Below are positions 40,709 to 52,108 of a stretch of DNA of 64,000 nt, one piece after another. Location of the stretch: the sequence record DRR723986_576; one strand, 5' to 3'. Under the pieces are notes generated by a model. That model made no database searches. It was given only the letters and a program-made list of their open reading frames with translations, and had not been told where the DNA came from. Within the stretch, counting starts at the first letter, position 1. Every line of letters starts with the position of its first letter. The translations under genes were made by a program, and so were the position numbers.

Positions 40709-41701
40709 TTAATTCACTCCTTGCAGTAACATCGCCAGTTGAAAATACAGTGGAATACCCGCGATAACGTTGAAGGGAAAAGTGACCGCAAGGGAGGTGG
40801 TGATGTACAACGATGCCTTGGCTTGCGGCAGTGCCAGGCGCATTGCGGCGGGCACAACGATGTATGATGCGCTGGCGCACAGCACTGCCAGCAATGTGGT
40901 CTCACCTAACCCTAAGTTCAGCAAGGCACTAACGGCCAAGCCGAGCGCAGCGCCAATTAGCGGCATGTAGAGACCAAAGGCGACCAGCGCAACGCCCACT
41001 CGGCGAAATTCCCCAAGGCGGCGACCCACTAATAAGCCCATGTCGAGCAAGAACAAGCAGAGCAAACCGTAGAAAGGCGCTTTAACGAAGGCGTCTACCT
41101 GCGCTAACCCGGGCTTACCGACCAGGTAGCCAATCGCCAAACTCCCTAGCAACAGCACGACACTGCCGTTGAGCAAGCTGTCTTTTAAGCGCAGTTTTGG
41201 ACGGCTATTCTGCTTGCCCTGTTGACGCAAATACGGCGCCGCCAGAATCAGACCCGACAGAATGGCAGGGGTTTCCATTAGCGCCAGCATCGCCACCATA
41301 TACCCTTCGTAGTCAATGCCTTGCTGGGTTAGGAAGCCCACCGCCGCCATAAAGGTCACAACGCTAATCGAGCCGTAATGTGCGGCAATCGCCGCCGCAT
41401 CAATCGGCTGCACGCGGGTGGCAAATTTCAGCAAGGCGAACGCTATAAAGGGGATGAGAAAACTCAGTGCAATGCCGGCAAGTAGCAGCGCGATAAGCGC
41501 GGGCGTGATCGCGTTTTCGCTTAACTCGACGCCGCCTTTGAAGCCGATCGCCAGCAGTAAATATATGGACAGTGCCTTGCCCATACCCTCGGGAAGCTCG
41601 AGGTCGGCCTTGGCACTTGCGGCGAGCACCCCCAGCACAAAGAACAAGATCGCCGGGCTGGTTAAGTTGGCAATCGCCGTGGCAAGTAGCGACTCCATCA
41701 C
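40709..41701 (-). CDS. Sodium-dependent bicarbonate transport family permease (SbtA-like/DUF897)
   Basis: YLLLAIGFKGG, AAHYGSISVVTF, FLLDMG, ASASYIVVPAAMR and TFPFN. Confidence 0.9.
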   Translation of the reverse strand: MMESLLATAIANLTSPAILFFVLGVLAASAKADLELPEGMGKALSIYLLLAIGFKGGVELSENAITPALIALLLAGIALSFLIPFIAFALLKFATRVQPIDAAAIAAHYGSISVVTFMAAVGFLTQQGIDYEGYMVAMLALMETPAILSGLILAAPYLRQQGKQNSRPKLRLKDSLLNGSVVLLLGSLAIGYLVGKPGLAQVDAFVKAPFYGLLCLFLLDMGLLVGRRLGEFRRVGVALVAFGLYMPLIGAALGLAVSALLNLGLGETTLLAVLCASASYIVVPAAMRLALPQAKASLYITTSLAVTFPFNVIAGIPLYFQLAMLLQGVN

Positions 41702-42006
41702 CCCTCCCTAGCTGGCGGCAGGGCCAGTGGCACGAGTTGAGGTTCATTGTGCAAACGCTGCCAAGCGCCATCTACAGCGAGCAAAATGTCATCGCACACT
41801 GCCTGAAAAACCCACTGCCGCCGACGCCTGAGCTGCACGACCAGCAAGCAGCACAGGCCACCTTTGCTGGCGACCCGGCTGAGCAAAACATGTATCGCCA
41901 TCACTTTGCGAGAGGATCGCCGGCGCAGAGCACTGAATTTAGACTCAATCCTAGCGATGAGATTCGGGCTTAATACCACTTCCTTTGTTTGAATTTCTAA
42001 GCGCAT
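41698..42006 (-). CDS. Small basic HPF/RaiA-fold-like protein (divergent)
   Basis: Pattern M.LEIQT...LS..L...IE.K...V.L...C...V...DI..AVD.A resembles the S30AE/HPF fold. GGAGG RBS; stop overlaps the sbtA start. Confidence 0.55.
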   Translation of the reverse strand: MRLEIQTKEVVLSPNLIARIESKFSALRRRSSRKVMAIHVLLSRVASKGGLCCLLVVQLRRRRQWVFQAVCDDILLAVDGAWQRLHNEPQLVPLALPPAREG

Positions 42007-42112
42007 AACATTCCCTCCTAGCAGGTGGAGGTGCTAGCTTAGCGAGGGATAAAATAACGAAAAAGTCGATTTTTAATGACTAATAATCAACTTTTTGTTG
42101 ATAATAGTTGCC

Positions 42113-43704
<1,592 letters not shown>

Positions 43705-43785
43705 CGCTGCGAAGTTTGATAGACTGTGGATAACTGGCGGTGGTGCCTGTTACCACTGCGATTCAGCACATTCAGGAACATTTTC

Positions 43786-44049
43786 ATGGCCCGTATTACT
43801 GTAGAAGACTGCCTCTCGGCAGTAGACAATCGTTTTGAGTTGGTAATGGTTTCCAGCAAGCGCGCCCGCGCTATCGCCACTGGCGGCAAAGAGCCACTGG
43901 TTACCGAGGAAGGCGACAAGCCAACAGTACTGGCGCTGCGTGAAATTGCCGAAGGCAAAATTACCCGCGAAGAAATCATGGCTGCCGACGCGGTAGCGGA
44001 AGAGCCCGAGCTGGACCTGGGTGTTGAGCTGGGCGCTCAGCCTCTGTAA
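43786..44049 (+). CDS. rpoZ: RNA polymerase omega subunit
   Basis: [10 protein letters not shown]...NRFELV...[11 protein letters not shown]; start 43786. Confidence 0.97.
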   Translation: MARITVEDCLSAVDNRFELVMVSSKRARAIATGGKEPLVTEEGDKPTVLALREIAEGKITREEIMAADAVAEEPELDLGVELGAQPL

Positions 44050-44064
44050 AAACCTTGGCCCGGG

Positions 44065-46257
44065 GTGTCGATGCACCAATACAGCTTTTTCAATTACCAA
44101 CACGGTAAGCCTGAACCGGCGCAATCCATCGACGCCCTCGCCGAAACCCTGAGTAATTACCTCTCTGCCTCACAGGTGGATCAGGTTCGGCGCGCCTATT
44201 ACTACGCCGAACAAGCTCACGAAGGGCAGAATCGCCGCAGCGGCGAACCCTATGTTACCCACCCTTTAGCCGTGGCCGGCATATTGTCGGAAATGCGCCT
44301 CGATGCACAGAGCCTCATGGCGGCAATGCTGCACGACGTGATCGAAGACACCGCCGTTAGCAAGCAAGACCTCAGCGAGCAATTCGGCGACGCGGTTGCC
44401 GAGCTGGTAGACGGCGTGTCCAAGCTGACCCGGATTGAATTCCAGTCCAAAGCGGAGCAGCAGGCCGAGAACTTTCAGAAGATGGCCCTGGCAATGGCCA
44501 AGGACATTCGCGTTATTCTCGTCAAATTAGCCGACCGCTTGCACAATATGCGCACCCTAGGTGTGATGCCGCCGCCAAAGCGCCGCCGTATCGCCCGCGA
44601 GACGCTGGAAATATACGCCCCCATTGCCCAGCGCCTGGGTATGCACAACATCCGCGTGGAATTTGAAGACCTCGGCTTTCAGGCCATGCACCCCATGCGC
44701 GCGCAGCGCATCAGCAAGGCCATTCGCACACGCTTTGGCGACCGCAGCAAAACCATCGCCAATATTCAGGAAAGCCTGGAAAACTGCCTGTTGGAAGAGG
44801 GGCATAAAGCCCACGTTGTCGGCCGCGAAAAACACTTGTTCAGCATTTACAGCAAAATGCGCAACAAGCGGAAGTCGCTGAAAGAGATCATGGACCTGTA
44901 TGCCTTTCGCATCGTCGTCGACTCTGTCGACAGCTGCTACCGCGTACTCGGCTGCGTCCACGGCCTCTACAAACCTGTGCCAGGGCAATTTAAAGACTAC
45001 ATTGCCATCCCCAAAGCCAACGGTTATCAATCCCTGCACACTGTACTCTTCGGCATGCAGGGCGTGCCCATTGAAATCCAGATCCGCACGCAGGAAATGG
45101 AGGAAATGGCCAATAACGGGATTGCTGCCCACTGGCTGTACAAGTCTAACGAGCAAGATGCCCGCGGCAATTCCAGCCATGCACGCGCTCGCCAGTGGGT
45201 ACAAGGCTTGCTGGAAATGCAGCAACGCGCTGGCGACTCGCTGGAATTTATCGAGAACGTGAAGATCGACCTCTTCCCGGACGAGGTCTATGTATTCACC
45301 CCGCGCGGCGACATTATGGAATTGCCGGCTGGCGCGACCGCCGTCGATTTCGCCTACGCGGTACACAGCGATGTGGGGAATTCCTGTGTTGCATGCCGAA
45401 TCAACCGACGCCTGGCACCGCTGTCTGAAGCCTTGCAAAGCGGGCAGACCGTTGAGGTCATTACCACCCCCGGCGCCCAGCCCAACCCGGCGTGGCTGCA
45501 CTTTGTAGTTACCGCAAAAGCGCGCAGCGGCATTCGCCACTTCCTAAAACATCAGCGCCGCACCGAGGCAGTGAGCCTCGGCCGCCGAATGCTGGAGCGC
45601 GCCTTAGGCAGCATGGATGAGCAGCTGGATAACTTCAGCGACGAGCACTTGGAACAGCTCGTCGACGCTACGCAGAGCAAATCGGCCGACAATATTTTTG
45701 AACAAATAGGCCTGGGTAACCGCGTTGCCTACCTCACCGCCCGGCAGTTACTGACCCTGCGCGATCAACTCAGCGACGACGATGACAATGCACCGCCTGC
45801 CACCAGCCAGCGGCAGACCATGGTCATTCACGGCACCGAAGGATTTTTGGTTAATTTCGCCCGCTGCTGCTACCCCATTCCCGGCGACCACATCGTTGGT
45901 ATCGTCAGCGCAGAGAAAGGCGTGGTGGTGCACTGTGAGAACTGCCACAACAGCATTGACCTGAGAAACACCCCTGAGCGCGTCGTACCGCTGAGCTGGG
46001 CCGATGATATTGACCGCGACTTCTCCGTAGAGCTCAAAGTCGAGCTGAGCAAACAGCGCGGCATCATTGCCGTGCTTGCCACCCGGGTAAATGGCGCAGA
46101 GGCCAGCATAGAAAAGATCAGTGTTGAAGACGAGAACCCGAAGATCAGCACCATCCACCTAGTGATTGGCGTGCGCTCACGTATTCACCTCGCCAGCATC
46201 ATGCGCCGTATTCGCAATATTCCCGCGGTAATAAAAGTGACCCGCGAAAAACACTAG
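44065..46257 (+). CDS. spoT: Bifunctional (p)ppGpp synthetase/hydrolase
   Basis: HD domain (LHDVIED, KLADRLHNMRT), KDYIAIPKANGYQSLHT, plus TGS and ACT domains; exact start uncertain. Confidence 0.96.
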   Translation: MSMHQYSFFNYQHGKPEPAQSIDALAETLSNYLSASQVDQVRRAYYYAEQAHEGQNRRSGEPYVTHPLAVAGILSEMRLDAQSLMAAMLHDVIEDTAVSKQDLSEQFGDAVAELVDGVSKLTRIEFQSKAEQQAENFQKMALAMAKDIRVILVKLADRLHNMRTLGVMPPPKRRRIARETLEIYAPIAQRLGMHNIRVEFEDLGFQAMHPMRAQRISKAIRTRFGDRSKTIANIQESLENCLLEEGHKAHVVGREKHLFSIYSKMRNKRKSLKEIMDLYAFRIVVDSVDSCYRVLGCVHGLYKPVPGQFKDYIAIPKANGYQSLHTVLFGMQGVPIEIQIRTQEMEEMANNGIAAHWLYKSNEQDARGNSSHARARQWVQGLLEMQQRAGDSLEFIENVKIDLFPDEVYVFTPRGDIMELPAGATAVDFAYAVHSDVGNSCVACRINRRLAPLSEALQSGQTVEVITTPGAQPNPAWLHFVVTAKARSGIRHFLKHQRRTEAVSLGRRMLERALGSMDEQLDNFSDEHLEQLVDATQSKSADNIFEQIGLGNRVAYLTARQLLTLRDQLSDDDDNAPPATSQRQTMVIHGTEGFLVNFARCCYPIPGDHIVGIVSAEKGVVVHCENCHNSIDLRNTPERVVPLSWADDIDRDFSVELKVELSKQRGIIAVLATRVNGAEASIEKISVEDENPKISTIHLVIGVRSRIHLASIMRRIRNIPAVIKVTREKH

Positions 46258-46273
46258 TCCCTGTTAACACTCA
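46254..46273 (+). repeat. 20-bp dispersed repeat, copy 2 (overlaps the spoT stop)
   Basis: CTAGTCCCTGTTAACACTCA; 17/20 identical to the copy at 54181. Confidence 0.45.
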
Positions 46274-46309
46274 TTAGTCGGCCACCGGCGTGGCGATAAG
46301 GATACTTCT

Positions 46310-46693
46310 GTGAGCACTAAAACCATCATCAGCACCGACAAGGCCCCAGCGGCCATTGGCCCCTACTCGCAAGCGGTAAAAACCGGCAACATGGTGTTTT
46401 TGTCGGGCCAGATCCCATTGATTCCCGAAACCATGGAAATGATCGAAGGCGGGATAAGCGAACAGAGCCAGCAAGTGTTTAAAAATTTGACCGCCGTTGC
46501 CGAGGCCGCTGGCGGCAGTTTGAACGATGCAGTAAAAGTGAATATCTCCCTCACCGACCTCGGCGACTTTGCTGCCGTCAACGAGGTGATGGCGTCGGTA
46601 TTTGATGAGCCCTACCCCGCGCGCGCCTGCGTACAAGTTGCCGCTTTACCGCGCGGCGCGATGGTGGAGATTGAGGTTATTCTCGCCCTTTAA
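46310..46693 (+). CDS. ridA: RidA/YjgF enamine deaminase
   Basis: [16 protein letters not shown] and PARACV.V..LP...VEIE. Confidence 0.93.
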   Translation: MSTKTIISTDKAPAAIGPYSQAVKTGNMVFLSGQIPLIPETMEMIEGGISEQSQQVFKNLTAVAEAAGGSLNDAVKVNISLTDLGDFAAVNEVMASVFDEPYPARACVQVAALPRGAMVEIEVILAL

Positions 46694-46696
46694 CAG

Positions 46697-47557
46697 TCAA
46701 GCCGACCGCGCGTCGCTGAGCACTTGAACAAAGCCGCTGCGATAGTCGGGGTGCAGGAATTCGTAGCCGCTGTCGCGCAGGCGGCGGTTACTACAGCGCT
46801 TGCTGCCGGTTCGTGAAATGGGTGCCCCGTTTTGCAGGTAGGGGACGTCGAGCTGCTCGGCCAACCAGCGCTGCACGGTTTGGATCTCTACCGGCAAGTC
46901 GTCAACACCCAAGTAACAGCTCGCCACTGACTCACCGCCGTCAACCTTATCAATCAAGTGCGCCAGCACCCCAACGCAATCGTCGCGGTGAATACGATTG
47001 CTGTAGTGCAGTGGCTCGTCCGGCACACATTCACCCGCCTTCACCTTAGCGATCATTTGCAAACGCCCCGGGCCATAAATACCGGCGAAACGGACAATAC
47101 TGTGCGACCAGCCCGTGCCGGCAATCTGCTGCTCTGCTCGCAAAATGCTTTGCCCGGAAAAGCGACTAGGGGCCGTCGGACTATCTTCGTCGACCCATTC
47201 GTGGCCGCTCTGGTCATACACACCACTGCTGGAAACAAATAACAGCAGCTTGGGCGGCTCGACGATAGATTCCAAAATCACCGCGAGCGCCTCTTCAAAA
47301 ATTTTGCGGTAGCCTTCCGGATTATAACCATTGGGTGTGAGCGTCATTACGATATAGTCCGCCTGCAAGGGCCCCAAAGCCCGTATGCTGCTGGGCTGCG
47401 CAAGGTCAGCTGACAAGCCCTCTACCCCCGCTGGCAACTTGCTAACATCACGGCGCATACCCTGCACATGCCAGCCCTTGGCCAAGTAGCGCGCCGCCAG
47501 TCCACCACCAATATCGCCACAACCAACGATCAACAGCCGCTTCGTACTCGCGTTCAT
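46697..47557 (-). CDS. NAD-dependent epimerase / atypical SDR (YeeZ-like)
   Basis: GCGDIG, VSSSGVY, GIYGPGR and NRIHRDD. Confidence 0.85.
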   Translation of the reverse strand: MNASTKRLLIVGCGDIGGGLAARYLAKGWHVQGMRRDVSKLPAGVEGLSADLAQPSSIRALGPLQADYIVMTLTPNGYNPEGYRKIFEEALAVILESIVEPPKLLLFVSSSGVYDQSGHEWVDEDSPTAPSRFSGQSILRAEQQIAGTGWSHSIVRFAGIYGPGRLQMIAKVKAGECVPDEPLHYSNRIHRDDCVGVLAHLIDKVDGGESVASCYLGVDDLPVEIQTVQRWLAEQLDVPYLQNGAPISRTGSKRCSNRRLRDSGYEFLHPDYRSGFVQVLSDARSA

Positions 47558-47653
47558 GTTCCCACCTTAGTCGGTTCAAGCCCAAGCTCAGCTCAGGCAT
47601 ACTTGGGCACATTCGCCCTCGCAGGTCGGGGAGCATAGCAAAGGGGAACAACA

Positions 47654-48652
47654 ATGACAGCGCTTCCATCACACGTTCGCTGCGTTAACGTTAACGATGA
47701 CCACAGCCTGGTAATTGGCGAGCAGCCGCTGCCTAAATGCGGCGCCGGCGAACTGTTGATTGCCGTGTCTGCTGCGGGTGTTAACCGGCCCGACTTAATG
47801 CAGCGCTATGGCCTTTACCCCCCTCCGGCTGACGCCAGTCCGATTCTCGGCTTGGAGGTTGCCGGGCGCGTCGCGGCCATCGGCGAAGGCGTAAGCGGCT
47901 GGCAAATTGGCGACCGCGTGTGCGCGCTGTGTAACGGCGGTGGCTATAGCGACTACGTCGCCGTGCCCGCCGGGCAGTCCCTACCCATTCCCGCTGCCTT
48001 AAATGATGTGCAGGCAGCGGCTCTGCCCGAGACCTACTTCACCGTTTGGCACAATGTCTTTGAGCGCGGCGCCTTGCAACCCGGCGAGTCGTTTCTGGTA
48101 CACGGCGGCAGCAGCGGTATCGGCACCACCGCCATCGCACTGGCTGGCGCCTTCGGCGCCAAGGTATTCACCACCGCGGGCAGCGCCGAAAAATGCACCG
48201 CCTGCGAATCACTTGGCGCGAGCATTGCCGTCAACTACCGGGAGCAGGATTTTGTCGAACAACTGCGCGCGGCCACCAACGGCCGCGGTGTCGATGTGAT
48301 TCTGGATATGGTTGGCGGCGATTATATCCGCCGCGATATCGACCTTGCCGCCGAGGATGGCCGCATTGTTTTTATCGCCTTCCAAGGTGGCTTTGCCGCC
48401 GAGCTGAACTTCTTGCCGGTGCTAATGAAGCGGCTCACCCTCAGCGCGTCCACCCTTCGCGCGCAGAGCCGAGACCAAAAAGCCGCCATTGCCAGCGCCT
48501 TGCGCGAACGCGTGTGGCCATTGCTGGCTCGCGGTGAGCTGCAGCCCGCCATCGACAGTGTCTACCCCCTTAAGCAGGTTGCCGACGCCCATTCGCGCAT
48601 GGAGAGCAGCGAGCATATTGGCAAGCTGATACTGGATCTGCGGCGCCAATAG
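47654..48652 (+). CDS. NAD(P)H-quinone oxidoreductase (PIG3-like MDR)
   Basis: GVNRPD..QR.G.YPPP, GLEVAG, HGGSSGIG and HIGKLIL. Confidence 0.92.
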   Translation: MTALPSHVRCVNVNDDHSLVIGEQPLPKCGAGELLIAVSAAGVNRPDLMQRYGLYPPPADASPILGLEVAGRVAAIGEGVSGWQIGDRVCALCNGGGYSDYVAVPAGQSLPIPAALNDVQAAALPETYFTVWHNVFERGALQPGESFLVHGGSSGIGTTAIALAGAFGAKVFTTAGSAEKCTACESLGASIAVNYREQDFVEQLRAATNGRGVDVILDMVGGDYIRRDIDLAAEDGRIVFIAFQGGFAAELNFLPVLMKRLTLSASTLRAQSRDQKAAIASALRERVWPLLARGELQPAIDSVYPLKQVADAHSRMESSEHIGKLILDLRRQ

Positions 48653-48720
48653 TAGGCAGGCCAGAGTCGTCGGTGTACACTGCTGCGCTATAGTCTAAAA
48701 CTATCGAACCAGGCAATTTT

Positions 48721-49644
48721 GTGACGCTAACAGAATTACGCTACATCATCGCGCTTCAGGAAACCGGACATTTTGGCAAGGCCGCCGAACGCTGCTTTGT
48801 TAGCCAACCCACCCTCAGTGTGGCGGTTAAAAAGCTTGAAGAGGAGTTAGCGGTAAGCCTGTTCGAGCGCAGCCGCGGCCAGGTGACCTGCACACCTATC
48901 GGCGAGCAGATTATCGAGCAATCCCGCTATGTGCTGGAACAGAGCGAGCGGATTCGCGAACTGGCCGCTCAGGGGCGCGACCCTCTGGGCAGCCCCATGG
49001 CGCTGGGCGCCATTCACACCGTCGGCCCCTATCTTTACCCGCGCGCCATCCCTCGCATCCGCGAACTCGCGCCACAAATGCCACTGTATGTTGAGGAAAA
49101 TATGACGGCGATCCTTCGCGGTCGCCTGCGCAGCGGCAAGCTCGATGCCATCGTTATTGCCCTGCCCTTCAATGAACCCGAGGTGGTCACCCAAACACTC
49201 TACGACGAGCCCTTTGTGGTGCTGCTACCTGGCGATCACCCACTGGCCGCGAAGTCCCATATTGAGCACAGCGACCTGTATCAGCAAAACGTATTGTTGC
49301 TGGGCGAAGGCCATTGTTTTCGCGACCAAGTGCTCGCCGCCTGCCCCGGACTACAGCAGCACCTGGCCCGCAGTGACCGCCTGCTTCAGTCAGTGGTTGA
49401 GGGCAGCTCTTTGGAAACCCTCAAACACATGGTGGCCTCCAAACTCGGCATCAGCATTTTGCCTTTGTCCGCCGCCCAAGTCGGGCCCTATGGCGACGGT
49501 ATGTTGTGCACTCGGCCCTTTGCCGGCACACCGCCCACGCGGGAAATTGCCCTGGCCTGGCGGGCCAGCTTTCCCCGCCACCAAGCCATCGACGTTATCA
49601 GTCAGGCGATCAAAACCGCCCACAGCGATCACCCCTCCACATGA
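48721..49644 (+). CDS. oxyR: Hydrogen peroxide-inducible activator OxyR
   Basis: LysR HTH and GHCFRDQVLAAC with both redox Cys; overlaps the recG start as in Pseudomonas. Confidence 0.95.
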   Translation: MTLTELRYIIALQETGHFGKAAERCFVSQPTLSVAVKKLEEELAVSLFERSRGQVTCTPIGEQIIEQSRYVLEQSERIRELAAQGRDPLGSPMALGAIHTVGPYLYPRAIPRIRELAPQMPLYVEENMTAILRGRLRSGKLDAIVIALPFNEPEVVTQTLYDEPFVVLLPGDHPLAAKSHIEHSDLYQQNVLLLGEGHCFRDQVLAACPGLQQHLARSDRLLQSVVEGSSLETLKHMVASKLGISILPLSAAQVGPYGDGMLCTRPFAGTPPTREIALAWRASFPRHQAIDVISQAIKTAHSDHPST

Positions 49645-51716
49645 CCCAAGCCCTGCACCAACTTGATGTAAGTTCGCTCAAGGGCGTAGGTCCAAAGCTG
49701 AGAGAAAAGCTCAAAAAGCTCGGACTGCACAGTGTGCAAGATCTGCTTTTCCACCTGCCACTGCGCTACCAGGATCGCACCCGCATCTGCCCTATCGGCG
49801 CCTTGCGACCCGGCAACGATGTGGTGATCGAAGGCGAAGTACTCGCCGCCGATATCACTTTCGGGCGACGGCGCAGCCTGGTTTGTCGGCTGCGCGACGG
49901 CACCGGCACCACAACACTGCGCTTCTTTCACTTCAACGCCGCGCAGAAACAACAACTCAGCAAAGGCGCGAGACTGCGCTGTTTTGGCGAGGCCCGGCGC
50001 GGCGCCAGCGGCCTGGAGTTTTACCATCCGGAGTACACCGTTCTGCAAGGGGAGGCAGTGGCGCCCGTCGAAGACCGGCTGACGCCCATTTACCCAAGCA
50101 CGGAAGGGTTTGCTCAAACCAGCTGGCGAAAACTATGCGGCCAAGCCCTGCACTATCTCGATACTCACCCCATTACCGAATGGCTACCGCAGACGGCACT
50201 GCCAGGCCGCTGGACACTGGCTGAGGCACTGCGCTATTTGCATCATCCACCGGCAGACGCCTCGCTTGAGCTGCTGCAATCTGGCCAGCACCCCAGTCAG
50301 CAGCGCCTCGCCTTTGAGGAATTGCTGGCCCATAACCTGGCTCTGCAAAAATTGCGCGTCGAGGCCCGCCGCTTCGGCGCGCCCCGACTCGACGGCCCCG
50401 ATGATCTCGAAAACGCCTTTCTCGACGGCCTGGGTTTCAGCCTCACCTCAGCGCAGCAGCGCGTTGCCGATGAAATCCGCCGCGACCTACACCAGGGCGC
50501 GCCTATGCTGCGCTTGGTGCAAGGTGATGTCGGCAGTGGCAAAACCGCCGTTGCTGCACTCGCCGCGCTGCGCGCTGCCGCCAGCGGTTATCAGGTTGCC
50601 ATCATGGCACCCACCGAGATTCTCGCCGAGCAGCACTTCCACAACTTCAGCCAATGGCTGGCCCCACTCAATCTGGACGTTGCCTGGCTCAGCGGCAAGC
50701 AAAAAGGCAAGGCCCGAGCCGCTGCCCAACAGCGCGTTGCCGAGCACAAAGCGCACGTCGTGGTAGGCACTCACGCGCTGTTTCAAGACGAGGTAATATT
50801 CGCCAAACTCGGCCTGGTTATTGTCGACGAACAACACCGCTTCGGTGTGCACCAACGCCTCGCTCTCAAACAGAAAGGCGAGGATCAGGTCGGCCACCCT
50901 CACCAATTGATTATGACGGCCACCCCCATTCCCAGAACCCTGGCAATGACCGCCTACGCTGACCTGGATACCTCCGTCATCGACGAGTTGCCACCGGGGC
51001 GCAGCCCAATCAATACCGTGGTGCTCGCCAATGACCGGCGCGAGCAAATTGTCGAGCGGCTGCGCGCCGTCTGCCAAAGTGGCCAACAAGCCTATTGGGT
51101 ATGCACCTTGATCGAAGAGTCCGACAAGTTACAGGCGCAAGCCGCCGAGGTGAGCTGGCAACAACTCAAGGACGCACTGCCGGATTTGAATGTCGGCTTG
51201 GTGCACGGGCGTATGAAAGCCGCCGAAAAGGCCGCCATGATGGCAGACTTCAAAGCCGCAAAAGTCGATTTGCTGGTCGCAACAACGGTTATTGAAGTCG
51301 GCGTTGATGTCCCCAACGCCACGCTGATGATTATCGAAAATGCCGAGCGCTTGGGGCTCGCCCAACTCCACCAACTGCGCGGGCGGGTGGGCAGAGGACA
51401 TCAACAAAGCCATTGCGTACTGCTCTATCAAAGTCCGTTGTCGCGCAATGGCCGCCAGCGCTTATCTGCACTACGCGACAGCAACGACGGCTTTGTCATC
51501 GCCGAACAAGACCTGCAACTTCGCGGCCCCGGCGAAGTCCTCGGCACCCGTCAAACCGGGCTAATGAGCTTTAAAATTGCCGACCTGCAACGCGACGAAG
51601 ACCTACTGGACAGCGTACGAGAACAAGCACGCCTACTCAGTGAGCACCACCCACAAAATGTTCAGCCACTCATCGACCGCTGGCTGGCCGAGCGCACACT
51701 TTACGCCAGCGTGTAG
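49641..51716 (+). CDS. recG: ATP-dependent DNA helicase RecG
   Basis: QGDVGSGKT, DEQHRFGV, MTATPIPRT and QLHQLRGRVGRG; start ATG 49641. Confidence 0.97.
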   Translation: MTQALHQLDVSSLKGVGPKLREKLKKLGLHSVQDLLFHLPLRYQDRTRICPIGALRPGNDVVIEGEVLAADITFGRRRSLVCRLRDGTGTTTLRFFHFNAAQKQQLSKGARLRCFGEARRGASGLEFYHPEYTVLQGEAVAPVEDRLTPIYPSTEGFAQTSWRKLCGQALHYLDTHPITEWLPQTALPGRWTLAEALRYLHHPPADASLELLQSGQHPSQQRLAFEELLAHNLALQKLRVEARRFGAPRLDGPDDLENAFLDGLGFSLTSAQQRVADEIRRDLHQGAPMLRLVQGDVGSGKTAVAALAALRAAASGYQVAIMAPTEILAEQHFHNFSQWLAPLNLDVAWLSGKQKGKARAAAQQRVAEHKAHVVVGTHALFQDEVIFAKLGLVIVDEQHRFGVHQRLALKQKGEDQVGHPHQLIMTATPIPRTLAMTAYADLDTSVIDELPPGRSPINTVVLANDRREQIVERLRAVCQSGQQAYWVCTLIEESDKLQAQAAEVSWQQLKDALPDLNVGLVHGRMKAAEKAAMMADFKAAKVDLLVATTVIEVGVDVPNATLMIIENAERLGLAQLHQLRGRVGRGHQQSHCVLLYQSPLSRNGRQRLSALRDSNDGFVIAEQDLQLRGPGEVLGTRQTGLMSFKIADLQRDEDLLDSVREQARLLSEHHPQNVQPLIDRWLAERTLYASV

Positions 51717-51813
51717 CAGGATAGCTGAGGTGATCTTTTTACAAAGATCGAGCGACTCACCCAGCCTTCCAATACTCTACACTGAAAGTAATACGGGATA
51801 GCGGAGTATCGAC

Positions 51814-52098
51814 ATGACGACTATTGCTTGGCTCTGTATTGCCCTATGGGTAGTAAGCGGAAAAGCCTTGGCCTTGATCTGCGTTTCCTATTCCGGCTAC
51901 ACCGGCAAGCAAAGCGCTGACGCCGGCATGCGGGAAATCTATCGATGCATCAAAACGCGTTCAGCGGAGCACGGCTTAACCAACTCGGCAATCCATAAAA
52001 TTCGCCCACTGTATTGGCTGTATATTTTTTCCAGTTGGCTCAGTGCAGCGCTTCTATGTTGGGTTGTTGTCGGTATTGCGCTTAGCAACCTGGGCTGA
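51814..52098 (+). CDS. Hypothetical small membrane protein
   Basis: 94 aa with two hydrophobic segments and a GGAG RBS; no family recognised. Confidence 0.5.
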   Translation: MTTIAWLCIALWVVSGKALALICVSYSGYTGKQSADAGMREIYRCIKTRSAEHGLTNSAIHKIRPLYWLYIFSSWLSAALLCWVVVGIALSNLG

Positions 52099-52108
52099 CG
52101 CTTACCTG

